DNA from: an uncultured Candidatus Saccharibacteria bacterium
GTDB taxonomy: Bacteria; Patescibacteriota; Minisyncoccia; 2-02-FULL-40-12; GWA2-44-9
Direction: 5' to 3'
Assembly: GCA_964513645.1 (NCBI GenBank)
Contig: CAZENF010000001.1
Location: forward strand, 135,303-199,302
Length of the DNA stretch: 64,000 nt
Of the stretch, positions 46,550 through 57,191 are shown in pieces (the stretch's first letter is position 1; every line of letters begins with the position of its first letter). The notes under the pieces were generated by a model, which worked only from the letters and a program-made list of their open reading frames with translations, made no database searches and was not told where the DNA came from. The translations under genes were made by a program, and so were the position numbers.

Positions 46550-48319
46550 TTATCTTGTGATTTCAACTCCGTTCTTATAGTAGTTCAGTTCCAGGTCACT
46601 TATGGTAAATATTGCATTCCAGTCCCGACCAGAAGCATCCCATTGAGCTGGAGTAAGGTGAAGCCAGTGCTTGGTTCCGGAGGCGATTCCCGTAGAAGTT
46701 CCTCCACGGGAACCTTCGCCTTGCTCCGGCCAAACGGCATACACCTTCTGGTCATTGGCATATTTAACGTAATTTGAAGTTTGGTATGAATCAAAAACTT
46801 CCGGCTCCGGAGAAACCGCCTTCGAAGGGTCAAGTTGTCCGTAAAGTTTAACCACATCCGAGTTAAGATAGCGTTTGTATTTGCCCGAGATAACATATAA
46901 TTCTTTTTCGGTGGGTCTTTTGATCAGCATTCCATCTTGAAGAAGAGGAATATTTTTAACATCCGAACTTTTTACCGAAGAAATCTTTATATTTATCCCG
47001 AAAAGCATCTCATCAGTTCCAAAGTCAGAAATTTTGGTATCTTTGGTCGCAACAACGATCACCTTATCCAAATGTTTGTCCGAAGAATTTACGACAAAAC
47101 CAGTCCCGGAAGCGTTATTTACATTTATCTTATCCAGTCTAACCTGCCCATTACTGTAATAGCTTACTGTTCCAGCAAGGTAACTCTGCCCATTCTGTCC
47201 AGTAACATCTACCCTGAAACTTTGGTTCGGGTCGTTCGATAATTGGCTGACATTGAATTCAAGCCATAAGGGCTGCCAATCTTTGATAGTTTTATAAAAA
47301 TTGTATTCCTGAAGTCCGGGTGAAAGATATATCGTCTGCTCCGGAACAACATGGACAGAGTTAAGACCGGCACGAGTATAACCCAAAACCGGGTCAGCGC
47401 CGATGTTATTCGTATAAACAGCCCCCATCCAATCGACAAAAACATCGCCGAAATTTTCGTAACTGCCATGACTGGCAAGATATTTGTTTATCGAATCAAT
47501 GCCATATGAAGAACCTTTTAAAGTATCGGATAAAATAGAATTTCCGAACCTTTCTGTCAGGTACTCTCCTACCATATTCGCGGCCGCGTAATCAGTTACT
47601 GAATTGGGCCACTCGGTCAGACTATCAGAAGGTTTTTCCAAAAAATCTTGGACCCTATTATCGAGATTTGAACCAAGATAAACATCATTATAACCAAGCA
47701 AGGTTATTGAATATTCAGAGCGGAGTTCGTTTAACCAAGTGGATTCTTGGGAATGACGAAGTAATTCTTTCTGATTAAATGAGATCAGATGCTGGAACTC
47801 GTGCGCCATAAATTCTTTGGCCAGATCGCCTCCGGTTCGAGACAACACATCGCTATTCATGAACATCATTTCTCTTTGATTCGAAGTGGAAACAAGTGAA
47901 CGTGAATATTCATTGGCACTGTTAAAATCCCCGCCGTTGTTTTTTATAAGCTGAGTTACCAGAAGAGTTATCTTTGGGTCATTGTCTATCCCTGGATTTG
48001 GTTCTGAGCCCCAGAATTGGATTTCTTTCGGGTAAATATTGGAATCGAATTCGCTAGTCAATGAGGTTATGTTGGCCACAAGAGAACTTTGTTGTGCCAT
48101 ACTAAGAGAGTTCCAGTAATCATCTTCGACATAGACATATAACTTGTCGCTTGTTTGGCGAAGAGTTGCCGAAACACTTGAGCGACTAAATTTATCGAAC
48201 ACTCGATTAACATAAAAATTTTGACGCTGGCCGACAGTATCAGCAAAAGTTGTGCCGACAAAAAAAAGAAAAAGTAAATAAATTAAAAAAGGATATAAAA
48301 ATTTAGGCCATCTTAGCAT
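46550..48319 (-). CDS. Large secreted protein with an HExxH motif (possible metallopeptidase)
   Basis: Signal peptide and the motif FMAHEFQHLISF. No other recognisable domains. Confidence 0.45.
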   Translation of the reverse strand: MLRWPKFLYPFLIYLLFLFFVGTTFADTVGQRQNFYVNRVFDKFSRSSVSATLRQTSDKLYVYVEDDYWNSLSMAQQSSLVANITSLTSEFDSNIYPKEIQFWGSEPNPGIDNDPKITLLVTQLIKNNGGDFNSANEYSRSLVSTSNQREMMFMNSDVLSRTGGDLAKEFMAHEFQHLISFNQKELLRHSQESTWLNELRSEYSITLLGYNDVYLGSNLDNRVQDFLEKPSDSLTEWPNSVTDYAAANMVGEYLTERFGNSILSDTLKGSSYGIDSINKYLASHGSYENFGDVFVDWMGAVYTNNIGADPVLGYTRAGLNSVHVVPEQTIYLSPGLQEYNFYKTIKDWQPLWLEFNVSQLSNDPNQSFRVDVTGQNGQSYLAGTVSYYSNGQVRLDKINVNNASGTGFVVNSSDKHLDKVIVVATKDTKISDFGTDEMLFGINIKISSVKSSDVKNIPLLQDGMLIKRPTEKELYVISGKYKRYLNSDVVKLYGQLDPSKAVSPEPEVFDSYQTSNYVKYANDQKVYAVWPEQGEGSRGGTSTGIASGTKHWLHLTPAQWDASGRDWNAIFTISDLELNYYKNGVEITR

Positions 48320-48346
48320 AATTTAATTATATCTTTTTTAAGAGTT

Positions 48347-49252
48347 TTACTTAAGACCCGACAAGGATTTGAGTTCTGCAAGACCTTCCTCGATCTTTAC
48401 CCTTGGCTTCCATCCGAGTAGTTTAAGGGCGAGGGAATTGTCGGCTAAAGTGTGTTTAGGTTCAAGCCGGGCCGGGATATATTTGACCGGTCCGCCGATA
48501 AGTTTGGTAATGAGGTTTATAGACTGGTTCTTACCGGCTCCGATATTAATGACCTCGCCGTGGCCCACTTTTTTTGAGCTCATCGCCAGAATATTCGCCC
48601 GGACAACATCCCTGACATGAGTAAAATCTCTGGTCTGTTCGCCGTCGCCGGTAATAGTCATCGGCTCGCCAAATGAACGCTGTTTTAGAAATCTGCCGAC
48701 GACAAGAGCATAAGCACCCTCGGGATCGAGCCTTGGTCCGTAGACATTAAAGTAACGAAGTGAAACGGTGGACAGTCCGTATATTTCACTCCAGAGACGG
48801 CAATAAAGTTCACCGATATATTTTTGGAGACCGTAAGGACTTTTTGGCATTGCCGGAAAATTTTCTTTTAAAGGCATTTTTTTCTGGTCGCCATAAACGG
48901 AACTTGAGGCTGAATATATCAGACGTTTAACTCCGGCCTTCTGGCTAGCCATCAGAACATTCAATGTTCCCGAAACGTTAGTCTTGTTGGCAGTATCGGG
49001 TTCTTCGATCGAGAACTGTACACGCGGTAAAGCGGCAAGATGAAAAACATAATCCACCCCTTTAAAAAGCGGTTCAATCGCTCCGAGGTCGTTTATATCT
49101 CTAACATAAAGCTTCGCTTTTTTATTTACGTTTTCCTTTTTGCCGTTGGACAGATTGTCTATGACCAAAACCTCAAAACCTTGTTCGATAAGAGCATCCG
49201 TTAAATTTGAACCGATAAATCCGGCTCCACCGGTAACAAGTGCTTTTTTCAT
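48347..49252 (-). CDS. NAD-dependent sugar epimerase/dehydratase (UDP-glucose 4-epimerase-like SDR)
   Basis: Rossmann motif VTGGAGFIGSNL and a YxxxK catalytic motif. Confidence 0.85.
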   Translation of the reverse strand: MKKALVTGGAGFIGSNLTDALIEQGFEVLVIDNLSNGKKENVNKKAKLYVRDINDLGAIEPLFKGVDYVFHLAALPRVQFSIEEPDTANKTNVSGTLNVLMASQKAGVKRLIYSASSSVYGDQKKMPLKENFPAMPKSPYGLQKYIGELYCRLWSEIYGLSTVSLRYFNVYGPRLDPEGAYALVVGRFLKQRSFGEPMTITGDGEQTRDFTHVRDVVRANILAMSSKKVGHGEVINIGAGKNQSINLITKLIGGPVKYIPARLEPKHTLADNSLALKLLGWKPRVKIEEGLAELKSLSGLK

Positions 49253-50223
49253 TGTCTTATTTTTTTCCGCTTTTGAAGAATTATCTCCTTGTCATGCCTG
49301 GAAACTTCGGCCATGGCCAGACCTTGAGACTTAATAAGCGTTTCGTTATAGTTTCTGACTGATTTTAAAACCGCCAGACCCGCCTTCATTACGTTTAAAT
49401 GTTCTTTGTCGAGAATTTTTTTATCCGTTGCACTTTTTTCGAGTTCTTGACCAAAAGCAATGAAAGCATTCATATCCTTCGGAAAACAATAGCCCCCGGC
49501 ACCGGAATAATCTCCGTGGTTAACGTTGAGCCAGGCCGGACCGATCCGTAGATCGGCTCCGATAATTTCCCGGATATTATCATAATCAACTTTAATACCT
49601 CGAACCTTTATCATTGCATAACAAAGATCGGCCAGAATATTGCCGTAGATAACTTTTACATAACCAAAAACATTTGAAGCATATTTGCCAAATTCAGCTT
49701 CTGTAGCATTGACCGATTTTTTTGAGTAATCCGAAGTCCAGGGACGTATGAAATTTTTCTTAGGCAAGAGATTAAGAACTTCCACAGTGTCCGAAACGCT
49801 TTTAGCAGTGTGGCCGATTATCTGGCGATCGGGTGACAAAAAATCCTCCCAGGCCTGTGATTCGGTCAAAAATTCAGGATTAAATATGAGGCGTTTTTTA
49901 GGATATTTTTTTTGAAGACTTTCAATAGTCCCCGGAACAATCGTTGATTTAACAACCACCACTTTTCCCTCCTTTATTGACGCAACCGCCGCTTCAACGA
50001 GAGAAGTATTACAGCTACCGTCCGGGTTTGGAGGAGTCGGAACAGAAACAAATATTATATCCGCCAGATTCACATCATCAGTATAACCTTTCTTCGGATC
50101 AACATCGTAGCAAAACAGGTCACGCCCACGTTTATAACCGTTTATTTCTTCGAACCATTTTCTTATCGGTCCGCCGACCATGCCGATACCGATAATGCCT
50201 ATTTTTAGTTTGGTTCGTGACAT
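49249..50223 (-). CDS. UDP-glucose/GDP-mannose 6-dehydrogenase family protein (short)
   Basis: IGIIGIGMVGGPI N-terminal Rossmann motif. NPEFLTESQAWEDFLSPDRQIIG family signature. Confidence 0.7.
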   Translation of the reverse strand: MSRTKLKIGIIGIGMVGGPIRKWFEEINGYKRGRDLFCYDVDPKKGYTDDVNLADIIFVSVPTPPNPDGSCNTSLVEAAVASIKEGKVVVVKSTIVPGTIESLQKKYPKKRLIFNPEFLTESQAWEDFLSPDRQIIGHTAKSVSDTVEVLNLLPKKNFIRPWTSDYSKKSVNATEAEFGKYASNVFGYVKVIYGNILADLCYAMIKVRGIKVDYDNIREIIGADLRIGPAWLNVNHGDYSGAGGYCFPKDMNAFIAFGQELEKSATDKKILDKEHLNVMKAGLAVLKSVRNYNETLIKSQGLAMAEVSRHDKEIILQKRKKIRQ

Positions 50224-50305
50224 TGATTAAGAATATACCATTAAAATAGTTATGAGTCAATTGGTTGACTAAACAATGGTTTTGCTTTATTATATTTAAT
50301 AATTA

Positions 50306-50410
50306 TGAATCCCGTACGAAGTCAGATTCGCTTTAAAAGTGCGAATTAGGCAGATATTCTTAAGACTTCTTCGTAACATGATTTCAACGGGATACTTCGT
50401 ACGGGATGAA
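50306..50410 (+). repeat. IR element copy 2 (105 bp)
   Basis: ATGAA|TCCCGTACGAAGT … ACTTCGTACGGG|ATGAA. The downstream ATG (50406) is the sugar-transferase start. Confidence 0.7.
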
Positions 50411-51722
50411 GAGATTTGGCCTTCTTTTTCTTGATATAGCCGCATTATATGCTGCTTTAACTTTAACGGTCCTTGTAAGATATCCGGATAATTTTGCTTA
50501 CCAATTCGGCCTCCATTCCGGGCCTTTTTTGTTCCTTTTTATTTTATGGCTCATGGTTTTTTATATTACCAATCTTTATGAGCTAAGTTTTCTTAAGAAT
50601 AATATAAATTTTTATACCAGTATTTTCCGAGCAATAGCTTTTGCTTCGTCAATCTCTATCGGTGTGTTTTATCTGCTGCCGATATTTAGCATCACTCCAA
50701 AAACCAACCTGGCTATTTTTATAGTCATATTTGCGGGAATAGTCATGGGCAGCCGGACCCTATTCAATAGGGCCAGCACCAAAGGCGCCAAGAGACCCCT
50801 TCTCATTGTCGGAGTTAACCAACAAACTCTTGATCTTGCAAAATTCATCGAACAAAATCCTCAACTCGGCTACGAACTTAAATACATAATGGATATCGGT
50901 AAAGAAGGCATCCGCGACGTCGACAAATTAATAAGACGGGAGAGAATAAACACGGTTGTCATTGCGCCCGAGGCCTATCAGGTCCCGACAATAGTTGATG
51001 TTTTCTACCGCTCACTCGACAATCAGGTTACTTTTAAGAACCTGTCGAATTTTTACGAAGAACTTACCAATCGTGTTCCTTTGGGTGCAATAAATCAGAT
51101 CTGGTTCCTGGAAAATTTAAGTGAAGGCAACAAAAGAACATACGAGGTCTTGAAAAGATTCTTTGATATTATTTTTTCGGTTCTCTTAAGCATAGTTGTC
51201 CTGCCATTTATACCTCTATTCTCTCTGGCCGTTAAACTCGAATCGTCCGGGCCGGTGTTTTATCGTCAAAGAAGACTGGGACAGAACGGAAAAATATTCG
51301 AGATAATAAAATTCCGGACCATGTCCAAAGATGCCGAGGCAAAAAGCGGCGCGGTTTGGGCCAAAGAGAACGATTCCCGCATTACCCGGCTCGGAAAAAT
51401 ATTCAGAAAGGCGAGAATAGATGAGTTGCCACAGCTTTGGAATATTTTAAGAGGTGAAATGTCGTTTGTCGGTCCAAGAGCCGAAAGGCCCGAGTTCCAT
51501 GACAAATTAAAGAACAACATCCCTTTTTATGAAGGGCGTTACATAATTAAGCCAGGTCTCTCGGGCTGGGCCCAGATAAATTACCGCTACGGTTCGTCCG
51601 TAGAGGATGCGGCAGAAAAACTTCAATATGATCTCTACTACATCAAGAACCGTTCGCTTATTCTTGATCTGGGTATCATTCTAAAAACAATAGATATTTC
51701 TCTTAAGCAGGAGGGTCGGTAA
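50406..51722 (+). CDS. Polyprenyl-phosphate sugar-phosphate transferase (bacterial sugar transferase / WbaP-like)
   Basis: C-terminal catalytic domain KFRTM … DELPQLWNILRGEMSFVGPR plus N-terminal TM helices. Confidence 0.85.
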   Translation: MKRFGLLFLDIAALYAALTLTVLVRYPDNFAYQFGLHSGPFLFLFILWLMVFYITNLYELSFLKNNINFYTSIFRAIAFASSISIGVFYLLPIFSITPKTNLAIFIVIFAGIVMGSRTLFNRASTKGAKRPLLIVGVNQQTLDLAKFIEQNPQLGYELKYIMDIGKEGIRDVDKLIRRERINTVVIAPEAYQVPTIVDVFYRSLDNQVTFKNLSNFYEELTNRVPLGAINQIWFLENLSEGNKRTYEVLKRFFDIIFSVLLSIVVLPFIPLFSLAVKLESSGPVFYRQRRLGQNGKIFEIIKFRTMSKDAEAKSGAVWAKENDSRITRLGKIFRKARIDELPQLWNILRGEMSFVGPRAERPEFHDKLKNNIPFYEGRYIIKPGLSGWAQINYRYGSSVEDAAEKLQYDLYYIKNRSLILDLGIILKTIDISLKQEGR

Positions 51723-51744
51723 TAAAAATAAATTCAAAAAATAA

Positions 51745-51774
51745 AAATCCCCTGCCGACGGCGGGGGATTTTTA
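51745..51774 (+). terminator. Rho-independent terminator
   Basis: CCCCTGCCG-acg-GCGGGGG followed by ATTTTTATT. Confidence 0.6.
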
Positions 51775-51846
51775 TTAACTTATCAACAAAAATTCTTTTT
51801 AATTTTTTTTTTAACTCTATAATTAAAGTATAAATTAAATCCGTCT

Positions 51847-52389
51847 ATGCTGCCTACCAAAATATTTTTCACCAAAGGAGCCGGGACACACAAGGAATAT
51901 TTATCTTCTTTTGAGTTGGCCTTGCGTTCGGCCGGTATCGCTCAATATAACCTGGTTTCCGTTTCCAGCATCTATCCACCGAATGTTAAAAAAGTCTCGC
52001 GCGATGAAGGAGTGACCTTACTTCCCGCGGGTTCAGTAATCCCGGCCGTCATCGCCCGCAATTCTACCAATGAACCAAACCGGCTTATTTCGGCTTCAAT
52101 CGGTGTAGCCATCCCGAATGACCCGAGCCAATACGGATATCTTTCCGAACATCATCCCTTCGGCGAGACCGACGAAAAAGCCGGTGAATATGCCGAAGAT
52201 CTTGCCGCAACAATGTTGGCAACGACCTTAGGTGTAGAATTTGATCCCGAAATTTCCTGGGATGAAAAAGAGCAATTGTTCAAAGCTTCCGGCCAGATAA
52301 TCAGAACCACGAACTTTACTCAATCAGCCATCGGTAACAAAGACGGCCTCTGGACTACTGTCGTCGCGGTTGCGGTATTAATAGAATAA
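51847..52389 (+). CDS. Pyruvoyl-dependent arginine decarboxylase
   Basis: [42 protein letters not shown] matches the PvlArgDC family N-terminus, including the SS processing site. Confidence 0.75.
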   Translation: MLPTKIFFTKGAGTHKEYLSSFELALRSAGIAQYNLVSVSSIYPPNVKKVSRDEGVTLLPAGSVIPAVIARNSTNEPNRLISASIGVAIPNDPSQYGYLSEHHPFGETDEKAGEYAEDLAATMLATTLGVEFDPEISWDEKEQLFKASGQIIRTTNFTQSAIGNKDGLWTTVVAVAVLIE

Positions 52390-52437
52390 TCTATTGGTAT
52401 CAAAAACCCACCGTCAGGCGGATTTTTTATTTCCTAT

Positions 52438-54687
52438 CTACCACTGTCTGCCGATTGATTTAACAAAGGCCTGGGCTTCGGCGGTATATTTATCGTCCAC
52501 CGTCGCAGCGGCATGAGCCTGTTCAACAGCTTTATCAAGCATTCCGGCTTTGGCATAAGCTACGGCAAGCGTCGCGTGATATTGTCCGTTATCCGGATAA
52601 TTGGCTACAAGCATCTCGGAAACCCAGACTATTCTAGCCAAATCCCCTTTCTTTTCATAAAGACTAAGAAGTTTCTGAAGGTCCGGTTCGGCCGGTCCGT
52701 ATTTATGGGTTTCGATTATATTTTCAAGAATGCTTAAACCGAGGTCGACATTGCCTCTCTGAATTTCTACCACACCCCAATACCAGGAAGATATTCCGGC
52801 GTCCGGATTTAATTGGGCCGCTTCTTTAAAATATTTTGCAGCGTTATCATAATCTTTTTTATTCAGATATGCTTGACCTATTTCATAATATGTCCTGATG
52901 AAGGTTGGAGAAATTTTAAGTGCGGCCATCGAATACTCGAGAGACTTATCGTTATAAGGAGATTTATCGTCGTCTTTGCCCAGAGTTACATATAATCTTG
53001 CTTCGTAAAGATAAGGCAGATAGTCCGGCTTATTCTCGTCGATATTTTTCTGAACTTGAGCGGCAGCGTCAAGAGTCGCATCGATATATGTCTGATTGAT
53101 CTGGGAAGGAACATTTTCAATTATAAACTGGGCGTATCTGTTCCGGTACTCGTACTTGCCAGGAGCATCGTATGATGTCGCTTCCTGGAATTTAGCGACG
53201 GCGGCCGGAAAATCTTTAGCCCAGCCGGCGATTATGCCCCGGGTCGAGGCATAATTGGCCAGTGAAGTCTGGATATTTACCATATAGATACAGATGAACG
53301 ACGTCACGAAAAGAGCCGCCCCGGTCATGACCCAAAGACCCTGATTTACTCTCCGCTGAATCGGTTTTTTATTCTCAACAGTTTTTGGAACAGAAAGATA
53401 TGATATGAACCCGAGGATAGTAAAGAAAACCAGAAAATTTGCAGAAGTATCAAAGATAAAAGAATTGTGAATAACATAGGCGATGAGTAATGATATAAAA
53501 CCGACACCGTACAGAGTGGTATCTTTGTTGTGGATGTTCTTCCATAAAGACTGGAAACTTGAAATAAATATCCAAATGTATGTTCCGAGTCCAAGAAGCC
53601 CCATTGTTACAAGTATCTCGACGAACATATTGTGAGCCCGGTCGAATAAGGTTTCCGCACCCGGTCCACTGAAGAATTTAGGATTAAAATATTTCGAGAA
53701 CGGCACATCAAAATTTTCAGGACCCCAGCCGAGCAAAATTGTTTTTGGTCCTTCCTTCCAGCCTTTTAAGCCGGCCTGCCAAGCCCAAAAACGCGTCTTA
53801 ACTGTCTGGTCGGTCAAAGAAAAATTAGTGATCCTTTTCAAATAACCTGAATTCTGGACAAGCGGTGTATTTTTCAATAAAAGAGCGGCCACCACAAACA
53901 CTGCCGCAAGCGCTATCAAAGTTAAAAGTATTTTCTTCGCCTTTTGAGAACGATAAGCCGAGGAATAGAGCAAAGCAAATGTCAAAAAGCCGACACAAAT
54001 ACCAAGTATCGAGCCTCTGACCACGGTCATAAAGGCAGCAATGAACATTATCAAAGCGGAGCTACCGTAAAATATCCTGAAATTCTTTGAGATCCCCGAC
54101 TTGAATATGAACATTCCGGACAGAAAAGCCAATAATATCTGATACCCGGCAAACAAGGCCGGGTTGCCGATCGTACCGAATATTCTTTCGCGGCCACCAG
54201 AACCGATAAAGAAGTCGATGTTTGTCCTTTGGCCGAAACCATAAAAAGCCGAGAGGACCCCAGCAAATATCATTACATCGAAGAGTCTTATCCAGTCCTT
54301 TTCGTTCTTAAATACTGAAATCAAGATTATAAAGTAAACAAAATAATGCCAGAATGTTACCGCTCCGCCCATCCTTTCAAGAGAACCCCAGGCGCTAATA
54401 TAAGGTATAACGCTGGTGATAGCAGTCAGGGTAAAGGCACAGGCAAAAAAGAAAAAAGCCCAGCTGACCCGCGTCATCTTCGGTAAATAGCTCCCGTCCT
54501 TCCAAATCAGAAGAATGTAAAAAACAACCATCAATTCGACAATACTTCTGAACACAACCACCTTTCCGAAATGGAAAGGTGAAATAAAATCATTAAAAAT
54601 TATCAGCGGCATAAAAGCCGCACCATAGATGAACCAACGCAATATCTTAGCAAAAACGTGTTCTTTCATACCGTAAAAGATTACCAC
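52438..54687 (-). CDS. O-antigen ligase-like polytopic membrane protein with C-terminal TPR repeats
   Basis: About 12 TM helices. The C-terminal ~250 aa carry TPR-like repeats. Confidence 0.65.
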   Translation of the reverse strand: MVIFYGMKEHVFAKILRWFIYGAAFMPLIIFNDFISPFHFGKVVVFRSIVELMVVFYILLIWKDGSYLPKMTRVSWAFFFFACAFTLTAITSVIPYISAWGSLERMGGAVTFWHYFVYFIILISVFKNEKDWIRLFDVMIFAGVLSAFYGFGQRTNIDFFIGSGGRERIFGTIGNPALFAGYQILLAFLSGMFIFKSGISKNFRIFYGSSALIMFIAAFMTVVRGSILGICVGFLTFALLYSSAYRSQKAKKILLTLIALAAVFVVAALLLKNTPLVQNSGYLKRITNFSLTDQTVKTRFWAWQAGLKGWKEGPKTILLGWGPENFDVPFSKYFNPKFFSGPGAETLFDRAHNMFVEILVTMGLLGLGTYIWIFISSFQSLWKNIHNKDTTLYGVGFISLLIAYVIHNSFIFDTSANFLVFFTILGFISYLSVPKTVENKKPIQRRVNQGLWVMTGAALFVTSFICIYMVNIQTSLANYASTRGIIAGWAKDFPAAVAKFQEATSYDAPGKYEYRNRYAQFIIENVPSQINQTYIDATLDAAAQVQKNIDENKPDYLPYLYEARLYVTLGKDDDKSPYNDKSLEYSMAALKISPTFIRTYYEIGQAYLNKKDYDNAAKYFKEAAQLNPDAGISSWYWGVVEIQRGNVDLGLSILENIIETHKYGPAEPDLQKLLSLYEKKGDLARIVWVSEMLVANYPDNGQYHATLAVAYAKAGMLDKAVEQAHAAATVDDKYTAEAQAFVKSIGRQW

Positions 54688-54715
54688 AAAAAAGTTTTAA
54701 TTCAAAATTTAATTC

Positions 54716-56029
54716 TTACGTTTCAAGCTTTCTTGAAAGATATATAAATGAGATGAGATGGCTGATCGTGAACCAGAGCGTAACCATTATCACTGCGCCC
54801 CAGATAGCAAAATTTGCGACCAGCCATAAACCTAAAGGAATACCCGCGGCAAGTGTCACAATATTTATAAGGATAGAAACTTTGACCCGGTTGACCGCCC
54901 GCCACATAGGACCGAGACCGATGCCGATGCCGTAAAATGCACCGTAAACGAAAAATCCAAAAATATACTTAATGCTCGGCAGAAATCTTGAACCGTAAAT
55001 TATCTTGAACAAGATCGGAGCCGCAATTACTCCGCCCGCGGTAAGAAGCGCCGACAATGCCATCGCGTACAACGATACTCTGACAAAATTCTGGCGGAGA
55101 CGATGGGTTTCTCCGGCCTGCATTTTAGGAAACTCGACGTTCAAAAGTATCGATATCGGACCAAGAAGGCTCATTATCAAATTTATATATCCGAAAGCGA
55201 GTTTAAAAAAAGAGACCTCGGAAACCGTTACATATGCCCCGACGATCAGAACCGGCAGTATCATATATAGCATCGAGATGTTGCGGTCCAAGGCAACCCA
55301 GAAACTGAAACCGAAATATTTTTTATAATCTATTTTCGACCCGTGAATCAGATTTCTTATCGAGGGCAGGATGGGGTTGGATCTTTTTATCTTTTCCCAG
55401 ACAACCACTGAAATTATAAAAACTATCATGGCACCGATGAGATGCGCGCTGACTGCACCGGCAATACCAAATCCCAGAAGGACCAGAATCAATGAGAGCG
55501 ACCAACGGGTGACCTGATCAACAACACCCAACGACATCATATCCTGTATCCTGCCGGTTATCTGAAGGGCAATGGTCGAGAAAGAAAAAAAAGAATTGGA
55601 AATTATCCCCGCCAGAACAACAATCATTGCATAGAACCCTATCATTGAGTTATGGTAGTATTTTGCCGATATTAAAGGCGCAAAAAATATCAGAGTCAAG
55701 GAGATCAAAGAAGTAATGATCGTGATGCCGAAAAGAAATCTAAAAATATTAAAAATCTCTTTTTCGTCTTTTTTGGTATAGCTTGCGCCGAGCAGAGATG
55801 AAGCGGCATCCTGAACGCCGGTGGCGAGAAGAATGCTTAAGAGCGAGGCCAAACTCATCGACAAACTATAAACACCAAAACGCTCTGGCTGCAAAAGCCG
55901 AGCCAAAAAAATACCGACCACCGCCTGGGTCATCGTTTCTATCAAATTACCTGCCTGGAGGGTAAAGGCCTGGCGGACGAACCAATGCTGTCGGTAGTAT
56001 TCGATTTTTCCCCTGATATTACTAAGCAT
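54716..56029 (-). CDS. Polysaccharide flippase (Wzx / MOP superfamily)
   Basis: 437 aa with about 12 TM helices and polysaccharide-biosynthesis-protein architecture, within a glycan cluster. Confidence 0.7.
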   Translation of the reverse strand: MLSNIRGKIEYYRQHWFVRQAFTLQAGNLIETMTQAVVGIFLARLLQPERFGVYSLSMSLASLLSILLATGVQDAASSLLGASYTKKDEKEIFNIFRFLFGITIITSLISLTLIFFAPLISAKYYHNSMIGFYAMIVVLAGIISNSFFSFSTIALQITGRIQDMMSLGVVDQVTRWSLSLILVLLGFGIAGAVSAHLIGAMIVFIISVVVWEKIKRSNPILPSIRNLIHGSKIDYKKYFGFSFWVALDRNISMLYMILPVLIVGAYVTVSEVSFFKLAFGYINLIMSLLGPISILLNVEFPKMQAGETHRLRQNFVRVSLYAMALSALLTAGGVIAAPILFKIIYGSRFLPSIKYIFGFFVYGAFYGIGIGLGPMWRAVNRVKVSILINIVTLAAGIPLGLWLVANFAIWGAVIMVTLWFTISHLISFIYLSRKLET

Positions 56030-56105
56030 TTGATGAAAATCCTTATAACTATACCCTAAAAATCAGGGATTGTAAAAAAATTTTTTTTATAATAATCTTC
56101 TAACA

Positions 56106-57191
56106 ATGGCTCGAAACAAGAAAATCAAAACCGCTCTCATAACCGGCATTACCGGCCAAGATGGCTCGTACCTCGCCGAATTCCTACTGCACAAACACTA
56201 CGACGTTCACGGCATCATCCGCCGCGCTTCGACTTTCAATACCGTCAGACTGAATAACATTTATCAGGACCCTCATGTCGTTGACAGAAAATTAACCCTT
56301 CATTACGGGGATCTTGCCGATGCCGGAACGATAAGAAAGATAATTTACAAAATTAAACCGGATGAAATATACAATCTTGGCGCCCAGTCCCATGTCAAAG
56401 TTTCTTTTGAGATTCCTGAATATACGATGGACATCACCGGCAATGGTGCCCTCCGGGTTCTTGATGCAATAAGGGACTTTGAACAGGATACCGGCAAAAA
56501 AGTTAAATTTTACCAGGCCTCAAGTTCCGAAATGTTCGGTGCCTCTCCCCCGCGCCAGAATGAGAAAACTCCCTTCAAACCTCAGAGTCCGTACGGTGCC
56601 GCGAAGGTTTTTGCCTATAACATGACCAACCTTTACCGCGAAGCTTACGGAATATTCACGGTCAACGGAATTTTATTCAACCACGAGTCCCCGCGCCGGG
56701 GCGAGACTTTCGTCACCCGTAAAATAACCCGGGGCATTGCCCGCATCAAAGCCGGCCTTGATAAAAAAATATATCTCGGCAATCTCGACGCCAAACGCGA
56801 CTGGGGTTATGCGCCCGAATATATGAAAGCAGCCTGGCTGATGATGCAACGCGAAAAACCGGACAATTATGTCATTGGCACCGGCGAAACCCATACTGTC
56901 AGAGAATTCGTGGAGCTGGCTTTTCAAATTGCCGGCCTGGGTGACTGGAAAAAATACGTTGAAGTAGACCCGCGATACTATCGTCCAGCCGAGGTCCACC
57001 ATCTCGTAGCCGATTATGCCAAGGCCAGACGGAACCTTAACTGGCGGCCAAAAACAAAATTCAAAGACTTGGTAAAAATAATGGTCAGAGCAGACTTGAA
57101 TGAATCCCGTACGAAGTCACGCTCGCCACAAGGTGGCGAGTCCGTAGGACCTCGGCGGGGCTACTTCGTACGGGATGAATTTAAAAAATAA
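56106..57191 (+). CDS. gmd: GDP-mannose 4,6-dehydratase, with the last ~25 codons supplied by IR element copy 3
   Basis: [19 protein letters not shown] with YxxxK and other SDR motifs. The C-terminal tail [29 protein letters not shown] is encoded by the repeat element. Confidence 0.9.
   Translation: MARNKKIKTALITGITGQDGSYLAEFLLHKHYDVHGIIRRASTFNTVRLNNIYQDPHVVDRKLTLHYGDLADAGTIRKIIYKIKPDEIYNLGAQSHVKVSFEIPEYTMDITGNGALRVLDAIRDFEQDTGKKVKFYQASSSEMFGASPPRQNEKTPFKPQSPYGAAKVFAYNMTNLYREAYGIFTVNGILFNHESPRRGETFVTRKITRGIARIKAGLDKKIYLGNLDAKRDWGYAPEYMKAAWLMMQREKPDNYVIGTGETHTVREFVELAFQIAGLGDWKKYVEVDPRYYRPAEVHHLVADYAKARRNLNWRPKTKFKDLVKIMVRADLNESRTKSRSPQGGESVGPRRGYFVRDEFKK
57101..57179 (+). repeat. IR element copy 3 (79 bp)
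   Basis: ATGAA|TCCCGTACGAAGT … ACTTCGTACGGG|ATGAA. The downstream ATG (57175) is the fcl start. The interior has a GCTCGCC/GGCGAG hairpin. Confidence 0.7.
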
